This document shows, in pieces, positions 35,000 to 44,400 of a stretch of 64,000 nucleotides of DNA. Position 1 is the stretch's first letter. Every line of letters starts with the position of its first letter. The notes under the pieces are model-generated. The model had not been told where the DNA came from and made no database searches. It was given only the letters and a program-made list of their open reading frames with translations. A program made the position numbers and the translations under genes. This DNA comes from Monocercomonoides exilis PA203. Its lineage: Eukaryota > Protista > Preaxostyla. The stretch is taken from positions 310,001 to 374,000 of the forward strand of contig LSRY02000002.1 of assembly GCA_001643675.2 (NCBI GenBank), read 5' to 3'.

Positions 35000-35499
35000 T
35001 TTGCCCATCAATTCTTTTGTCTTTTTGAGTGAGAAATTCAACACAGCCACAGTTTTAGCAACATCACAACAAAAACACATCGCAATAAATACACAGATTT
35101 CTCAGTCAAAAAACATCTGCAAATAATTGCGTTCAACCAAAACTGAGCTGGTGAAAACAAAATAACGGATAAAAAATTGTTTCCTTAAAAATGTTTCACA
35201 ACGATTTCAGTTTTTCTTGGAATCATGAAGAGATGTTGTCTTTCAAGCACCAACAAAGAGAATAAATGAAAAGATGAATAAATTGGAAAAGATAATCGAT
35301 AAACATTGACAAAATTTGATGTTGTTGCGTGAAAATGGATAAAATGCTATTATAAATATCAAACAAATCACCTTTTTGAATTTTGTTTTGATGATTTTTT
35401 CTCTTTTTTTCAGAAAAAGAAATGATGTTTCATCAAAGATCAAATAATAATTTGAGTTTTCTGAAGTTTTGTGGGCAAGAACCCGAACAAATTCCTGCC

Positions 35500-38400
35500 A
35501 TGCGGCTACTCCATCTGGTCTGTGCATTTTTCTATTTAGCAGCTGAACAGCTTGCGTCTTTAAACCACGAAAAAGCCGCAATCAAGCCAAAAGAGCAGTT
35601 TTTGCCAGCTGTTCTTTTGACGAACAGTTCCTTGAAGAGCTCGAACCTGGTGCTGGACGAAAGAGGATGTTCTGCAGTTTTCTCGGTGGACAAGGACTCA
35701 AAGTTGCATTTGACGCGCGTCACTTCGTTGAAGCCTGTGAGCCATTTCCATCCGTCTTGCGTGTCAAGCGGGCAGTGCTTTTTTGTTAATTTTTCAGTTG
35801 CCTTCGAGGCAGCTTGGAATCGCTCTGTTTGCAGTTTGACGGGGCTTTCTGGTGGAGCAGGAAGGTCATCAGTTTTGTTTTCCTCATTTGATTCTTTGGT
35901 TTTTTGCCCCTCGAAATCTTCTTCGCTTGTCTGCGGGGGCATCGGAGATTTTGAGTCCGTTGAGGGATGCGCCTTTTCGAATGTCACAGCAAAAGAGGAA
36001 CCCATCAAGGAGCTGCAAATGGCAGACCATTTATCCGCTGTTAACTCGTCTGTCCTTCTCAACAACACTTTTTTCCGATGTGCAGACGTTTACTACGGAA
36101 CAGTTGTGCACGGACTGTCGCCAAGTTCCCCAGCTTGTGATTTTCGATCATCATTCGACCGGTTTATTCAATGCACTCATTCACAATCAACTGAAAAATC
36201 TTCAAAATTCCACTTATCTAAAACTGAGCGTAAAGAAATGGAAAAGCAGAATGGAATATTTGAAAATGAAGAATGGGTTGAATGTCAAGGGCAACAGGGG
36301 GGTGCAATATATTTTAATGGGTATAGAGTTAATTATAATTGGGATCTTAATATTAGCAATTCCGTTTTTGAAAAATGCCATTCAGAAGATAAGGGAGGGG
36401 CAATATATATACATAAAATCTACAGACACAAATGCACTGGCTGCCACTTCTTTGGAAACACGGCAGTGAATGATCCGCAAGATATATACTTTGCAAATCC
36501 TGATACTTTCCATGCTCCTGGTAACTATATTTTTTCGAATTCTTATTCAACAACAACTGGCTCTCGATTTGTTATCAATGGACAAGGTGACTTTTCTAAT
36601 TATATTGCCACAATGAACGAGCAGAGAAGCATTAAGCCTTCTGGGGTTGATGAATGGGGATGTGGATTGGGAGCCCTTCCGTGCCAAACAATTGTATATG
36701 CGTATTCAGCTCAAAGAACAAAGTATATTATGCCAATGCTCTGTGAAGAAGGCACATATGCACCCCCAACTCTGACGATTTCAGAAAAGCCTCTGACATT
36801 AGCAGGCACAGGAATGGACAAAACAACGATTGGAAACTCATATGCAAATAATGCTATTTTTATGGTTAGCAGAAACAAACTGGTTGTTCAGAATTTGTGT
36901 TTTCTGCTTTCAACGAGCAATGCAAGAATACTGAGAATGACAAGCGCCTCTTCATTTTCCTCGTCAGTTCACTCATCCAATGAACCAAATTCTTTTTATT
37001 CCTCAAATTGTGGTCAAAGCAATTCTCAGTTTGAGTCAATCAAAATCAACCAGACGGCAAACTCAGAGCTATCTACATCGCTGTTTTTGATTGAGTCTGG
37101 ACAGTTTTCTGTGTCAAAGCTAACAGCGGTTAATATTAAGCTATCGAATTCTGCATTTTCTTTCTTTTTTTTCTCTTCTTGCGACAATCCTTCGATCAGC
37201 GATTGTGTGTTCAATGGAATTACTGCGCTGTCTTCTTATACCTCAGCCTATTCTCCAATTTTTACTCATCTAAGCTCATCAAATGCCAAGCTTTCTCTTC
37301 AAAATTGTTCGTTCAACAACATTTCTTCAAAAGATTGCGGAACTGGTGGGTGTCTTGCATTCAATGCGAAATTAACATCATCGTCAAGTGATTCTTCATT
37401 TTCGAATGTTGCCTCTTCGCTCAGCATTGTCAACTGTTCTTTCAGTTTGTGCGCATCCAGGCCCACAAACAGCAAAGGAGGTGCTATTTATGCCAATTAC
37501 GGCCAGTCAAAACCAACAGCAGCAGATTTTTATGTGTTCAACACGAGTTTCAGCTCAAATCAGGCTACTTTTGGAAGCGATTTGTATTTTGTGTGCTTAA
37601 ACTTCGAAGAAAGCGTTAACGAGACACTGTTTGGCTTTGTTTCAACAGCAGAATCGATAAAAGGAATTCAAATGTCCGCTTTCGGAAACGATTTCAATTA
37701 TTTCCAAGTTGATCCTGTTGATTTGAGGATATTCCTGAAAGGTTATTTTGCAGTGTGTGTGTATGCAGCATCTGGCTCAGACAGCGTCGACAGAATTTTC
37801 TGTGGAGAAATCCGTCGCAAATGCTCCACTGTGAACTATGCACTCAGCAGATTGGCAAGTTCTTCTTCTTCTTCTTCTTCTTCTTCACATTCAAATGGAC
37901 AAAGAACTGTTTTTATTTCAGGTGCTTCAACTGTAACATCTAGCGGGAATCTTTTGAACTCAGTATCAATTTCAGCTGAAGCTACGTTAGCAGCCAAGTC
38001 TTCATTTTCATCATCATCTTCTTCTTCCTTTTCTTCTTCTGACAGTGTTAAAGCCAATCTTCGCATCCCATCTTCTGTTTCTGGTCAAAGCAGTTATATT
38101 TTCCACTCCTCTGATGAGACTTCTTTGAACAGCCTTGCATTCTCAATTGCTCCGTCAGTGACTGACGAGGTTAAACATCTGCTTCGGTCGCTTATTTCTT
38201 TGCAAAATGGAATATTAACATTGAGTGATTGCGCTTTTCAATGGGATGAATCATCGTCTAATTCTTATTCATCTTCTCTCATTCTGATCTCATCTGAACA
38301 AAGAGCAGATGCCAAGCTTGTTATCAATCAATGCACCATCAGCCATTCCGCTCCTTTGGCTATTTCTGCTCCCATCTTTGATCTGTCACAGGGTTCAATC

Positions 38401-41400
38401 AGCTCCCAGTTTTCTTCTCTTCATATTCATAATGTCACATCCAGCAGTCGAAGCTCAGCTGTCTTTGCGTTTAAGTCTATTTCTTCTTCTTCTGATTCTG
38501 ATTCTTCTTCATCGTCTTCGGAAGCCAATCCGCAGACCTCATTTTCTCAGTGCAGCTTTGCCAGCATCAAAGGAAGCGAAGGCACAAATGCACTTTTTTC
38601 GACAAGTCCATTGATGACAGGCTCAGTTGTGTTTGAGCTGTGCAACCTGACAGATTGTGTGGGAGCCAGTTCGACTGAAGGGGGAGGGATGCGATGGGAT
38701 GTGTGTGGCTCAGAAGAGATGAAGATGATCAATTGCAACATCAGCAGCTGTGCTGCGAAAGAGAGCGCTGGAAGCAGCAGAGGCAAAGGAGGAGGCGTCT
38801 ATCTGATTCTGAATGGATCTTCGAGCGACTTCCTTTTTGAGTCATGCACTTTCTCAGGCAACCGGGCAGAGGTGGGCAGAGATGTGTTCATTCAGTGCGA
38901 GAAGTTGTCGCAGGCAGCCGATTTGTCGAAATATGTGGATGTGTTTTCGAGTGCATTCGATGCAGAAAACTCGTTCTTTGGCGCAGAAAGTGCAACATTG
39001 TCGAATAATGCTGATCTGCTGGATGCGATGCGATACAGAAGCACAGTTGTGTTTGTGTGTGGGATTGCTCCTTCCTCTTCTTCTGCCATCAATTTTGCCA
39101 TCAATTCTGACCCATCTGCACCAACCAGCCAAACAGGTATCGACTGGTTTCGCTGTGGTGCTTTGGATGATCCGTGTGAAACGATCGATTTCGGTCTGAA
39201 GCAAAAGGCAGCACCAGAAACGGAAGCAGAAGCAGAAGAAGATAAAATACAGACGATAAAAGTGAAGGAATCTTCGTTCATCAAAGCAGAGATTGACCTT
39301 TCTGATTCGATTTTGACATCCGCAAAAGAAAGCGAGGAGTGCAGAGTGGATTTTGTTCGGTCGATTCCAAAGGCAACAGGAACTGCTATCACAAACACGA
39401 AAACAATGAAAATGGCTCATGTTTCGTTCAATGTTCCAACTTCATTCACAAATGGCATGACACTCCTGATTTCCTCGCAAAGTGGAACAGCAAAATTCGA
39501 GTCGTGCAATTTCTATTTGAATTCATCTTCTTCATTTGCCCATTCAAATGGTAATGCTGATGCTGATTCTTTCTCGTTTCCTCTTGTTGGGGTGTCTTCG
39601 GGTGTGCTGTCTGTTGTTTCGTGCTGCTTTGGCTCAAACTCAGCAGTCAATTTTGGTTCTGGTTTGATGGAAATCAGCGACTCAGTCGACTTCACCTTTG
39701 ACACAGCAACATTTCAGAATTTGTGTGTGCATTCTGATTGTCTCTTCAAAGTTGTGCATTCAAACGAGCCTTCTCTGCTTCATTCGACTTCTGCTTTTGC
39801 TTATGCTTCTGCTCCAACAAGAGCACAAACAGAACAAACAAAAAGAGAAGGAGAAGGAAATGTTTCTGATGAAGATTTTTCAGAGTATTCATTCAAATTC
39901 ATGAACTGCACATTCAACTCGATCTCTTCAGTCTCTTCAGTCTCTTCGGCTGTTCAGACTGGAAAAGCGTCGCTTCTGTCTCCTAAACACGCTGTGGGTG
40001 TTGTTCTGTCGAACTGCACTGTCTCCACATGCCTCTCTGAAGGATCCCTCGAAGGAGGAGCACTTCGCCTGTCTGCCTCGTGTCAGGCGCCTTTCACTCT
40101 GAAGAAGAGCAGCATCAGCAGCTGTGCATGCAACACAGCCAGCGGAAAGGGCGGATTCTTGTTCCTCTGCTTGGACGGAAGAGATGCTGAATTCAATTTT
40201 GAAGAGCTGACATTTTCTGGGAACGAAGCAAAAGTTGGGGAGAGCATGTTCCTCGCTTGCACAGAATTGAATGCTTCCATCAAGACTTCGAAGTTCAACT
40301 TTGATTTCTCTGGTTTTGCAGGGAACATCAACGCCTTTGTTGGCAATGACACCAAATATGGAAACACAGATTTGACAGTGTTTCTGTTTGCTTATTTGGG
40401 AAGCCCAATCAACGTTGGCTCGGAAGGATTGGATTCAGTTGGGTGTGGTGCTCATGTTCCGTGCTTCTCATTCTGGACATCTATAAAGCATATTGACACA
40501 AACGCCAGCAACAAGCGAATAATCATAACCTCTTCAACAGACATCGAAGACGAACACGACATTTCTGGGCTGACAATATCATCGCAAAATGCTTTGGACT
40601 CACTTTCTGGCTCGCCTTCGCCTTCTTCAACGCTTTCCATTCATTCCAAACTGAACAGTTTGAACAATTCACAAAAAGGTGTGCTTGTCAATTCTCGCAG
40701 AGCCACAATAGAAGATGTTCTTATTTCGATTCCTTCGTCCTTTTTGGATGGGAATTCTGCTTCGATCAATGAGAATGTGCTGTTTGCGAGTGAATGCGAC
40801 GATGCAGCAGATTTGGGAGGGAGTGGGCTGAGTCTGACGAAATGCATGTTCCAAAAGCAGACAGATGAACCTGTGAAGTTCAAGTTGGTTGCTGCCATGA
40901 AAGGGAAAGTGTCTCTGTGTGATGTGTGGGTGGAGGAGATGGCATTCAGCTGCTCTGCTTTTGCATTCAGTTCAGGTGGCGTTTTGTGGTTTGAAGAATG
41001 TCATTTCTCATCAGTCAATTTGGAACCGAAATCTTTCATAGAAATGTTGGAAGTGGAAAAGCCGAAAAATGAAAGAGAAAGAGAAAAAGAAGGAGAAGGA
41101 GAAGGAGATTCATCAACAGCTGTTCTTCTGTTGAACGCTTCTTCATTCAGCAGCATCAACAATGGAGCATCGAATCCGTGTTCTTCGATATTCTCTCTTC
41201 AGAACAGCTACGAAATCGATGTTGTTGGATGCACTTTCCAGACACTCGGCTCAGAAGGATGCAAAAAGGGAGGAGCGATGTCTTTTGAGCTGAAAGGGGC
41301 AGATGGACAGCTGAAGATGAGGAATGTGGGAGTGACGAACAGCATCTGCAGCAGTTCTGAAGGATTTGGGGGTGGAATCTATTTGATATGTGCAACAGAC

Positions 41401-44400
41401 AACAATGACAGATATTCATTTGCAGAGATAAGTGTTGGAGGAAACAAGGCACACCAGGGAAGAGATATGTTTATTGTGGCGAATGATCTGAGGAATGGTG
41501 TGAATTCTGAATTGTTTGCATTTGCGACACAATTTGAGGACAAAACGAATGCTCTGGTTGGGTTTGACAGGAGCTATTTCAACGAGGCGGTTGATCTGAT
41601 GATTTTTGTGGAAGGCTTTGTGAGTGCATCTGTTCTGGTTGAGGCGCCAGCAGGGCAGAACGAGGTGTTTTGTGGGAACAAATATGTTCCGTGCCAGTCG
41701 CTTGACTATTCAGTCAAACGACTTGCCGAGTGCAATGCAGATGTGCCACTTCGCGTGATCACTGTGAAGTCGAATGGCTCGATCGAAAATGACATTTCGC
41801 TCAACTCAGTCAATGTTGTGTCATTTGGCAGAGGAAACAGCGGGATTAACATCAGCACCAATACTCAGTTTGCATCTGGAAGTGTTGTTTCATCCATAGC
41901 CGATCTTTCGTTCTCTTCGATCGATTTTTATATTCCTTCTGTTTTTGCTATTGAGACACCCGAAGGTGCTTCGTTGTTTTCCTCTTCGACAGAAACAGGA
42001 AACATCCAATTTTCATCGTGCTCTTTCATTCTCACTTCTTCAGAATCGCAAGATGTTTCAAGTCGCGTGCATTTGATCAGCGTTTTGGGTGGAGTTGTGC
42101 AGCTTTCTCAGTGCCATGCAGATAAAGCAACATTTTCTGCTTCGCCTTTTGTGATTTCGCAAACAGCCCAAGCTTCATTCGAGGGAGTTAGCTTTACACA
42201 TCTATCATTTTCAGCTTGCTCACTTTTCGATCTGATTTCTTCAACACCAGAAGCAAAAAATGATTATTCCTCTTCAGCCAATCAAGAATCTCAGCCAGTT
42301 GAAATAAGCTTCAAGAACTGTGAATTCAAATCTCTCCATGTGAGCGAGTATGACGAGCAGCCTTCGTTTGGGTCTGTTCAGCTTGAGACGCATCTGTCAA
42401 TTGTGAACTGCTCTTTGGATGATTTGACATCTGGATTGAGTGAGGAAGGTGGAGGAATGAAAATTGAACTTGGAACAGAAGGAAGCTTCTGTCTGAAGGG
42501 AGAAAATTCTGAGCAGTTCAGTTCTGTTAGCCATTGCACTTGCTCGACTTTTGTCGGAAAAGGAGGGTTTTTGTATTTGAGCTGCTGCAACTCGATTGAT
42601 GGATTCACTTTGTCTGACTTGGTATTTTCTGAGAATGAAGCATTTGTTGGCAGAAACGTGTTCATATTGAGCTCCGATTTGAATGCCTCTGTTGTCATTG
42701 AAAGGTTGATGTTTGATTGGACTGAATGGAAAAACACAACAGCTTTCTTTGGGGCAGATGAAGTGAACTTTACAGAAGGCATATCTTTGGACAAGCTGCT
42801 GTTTGAGCACACAGGCACTTCTGTTGTTGTGTCGTCGAGTGGAAGAGACATTCGCGGGTGCGGATCAGAAAGGGAGCCTTGTCTGTCGTTTTGGGAAGGA
42901 ATGAGGCATTTCAGAGAAGGAGTCCAATTCAGAGAAATCAAAATCAACACAAGTGCTGTCATTTCAGACGAGTGGGATCTTTCAAACAGCTCAATAAGCA
43001 CAGCTGTTCCTTCTTCTCCTGGTTATTCTTCTTCCTCCTCTTCTTCTGATGAGCCTTCGTCAGATGAATGCACAATCAATGTGGGAAAAACGATTCAATC
43101 TCTTTCTGAGCCTTCTGAGGCTGTGCTCACAAACAAGCTTATGCTCACATTCACCTCCATCAATTTCTGCCTGCCTTCGTCTTTCGAAACACCACAAAAG
43201 GAACTTCTTTTCACTGAGGCAGGAACAGCCACACTTAACAAATGCTCCTTTGTGATGCAGACAGCAGAAGAAGGCATTGCGTTTGTGCTTTTCCATGTTT
43301 CGTCTGGGACACTTTCGATTGAAGAGTCCAAAATGGCCGAGCTCTCCTTTGCGACATCGGCCATCCGACTTGCTGCGCCAGCTGCACATTTTGTGGCAAG
43401 CACGTTTTCTGTTGATGTTCTGAATTTTGCAGATGGATCGTTTATTTCTGTGGGCGATACAGAAGAGAAAGGAGATGAGGAATCAAGTTTATCAGGGAAT
43501 GGCAAAGAAATGATAGCGAGCGAAATCAGACTGGAGAATCTTCAGTGGCATCTCATCCGCAGCACAAGTGCGAAGGCATCGATCATTTCTTATGAGAGCG
43601 CGCTGTCTGTGGAGCTGACGATGGACAACTCGACATTCAGCGACTGCAACAGCGAGTCTCTTCTGGGAGGGGCGTTTTGTGTGTGGATGAAGGAGAAGGC
43701 GGGTAGGTTGGCTGACAGCTGGGCAAATGAAGGCAGTCTGGTGGCGAATCTGTCTTCATTTGTGACATGTGCGTGCTCAACGAGTGAAGGCAGAGGAGGC
43801 GCAATTGCATTGAATTGTCTGGACGATCCAGAACATTCAGATGCACAGTCTGCGGAGAAAGCGAAGGCTCTGCCAATCAAATTTCGGCTGATTCGGTTTT
43901 CTTTGAACAGAGCGAGTGTGGGGAAAGATCTTTTCATTGTTAGCCGATCGATTGCTGAGCAGATCAACGAGGCGCTGTTTGCGATGGACTTCAGCGAGTT
44001 GGCCTTTGACAGAAATAATGCCATCTTCGGGATGGACAAAGAAAACGAGGAGCTGATTGATTTGGTGCCATTTATTGTGTTCTACAAGTCAGAGCGGATA
44101 TTTGTGTCAGCAGAGAAAGGGAAGAACGAGAAGGACTGTGGGCGAAGGGAAGACCCGTGTGAGACACTCAGCGAGGCTGTGCGGCATCTGAACAACGAGC
44201 CATACCAGAGCGTGCTGGTGGTGAAGAAGGCAGCTGTTTCAGCGGAGATGGCCATTTCATCAGCGACAGTGCAGACAGTCGGAGGCAGCCAAGCTGTTTT
44301 TGAGTTCAACTGCGAAATCGCTCAGACGGATGGAAGTGCAGATTGTGTTGTGTCTTCGTCTGAGGAGTGCAGCATTTTGGGGATGGACATCGTCTTCGGA

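Noticed and set aside
35422-35499. ORF-track start of receptor 1
   Set aside because: The first 26 codons are not signal-like; the hydrophobic leader begins at ATG 35500.
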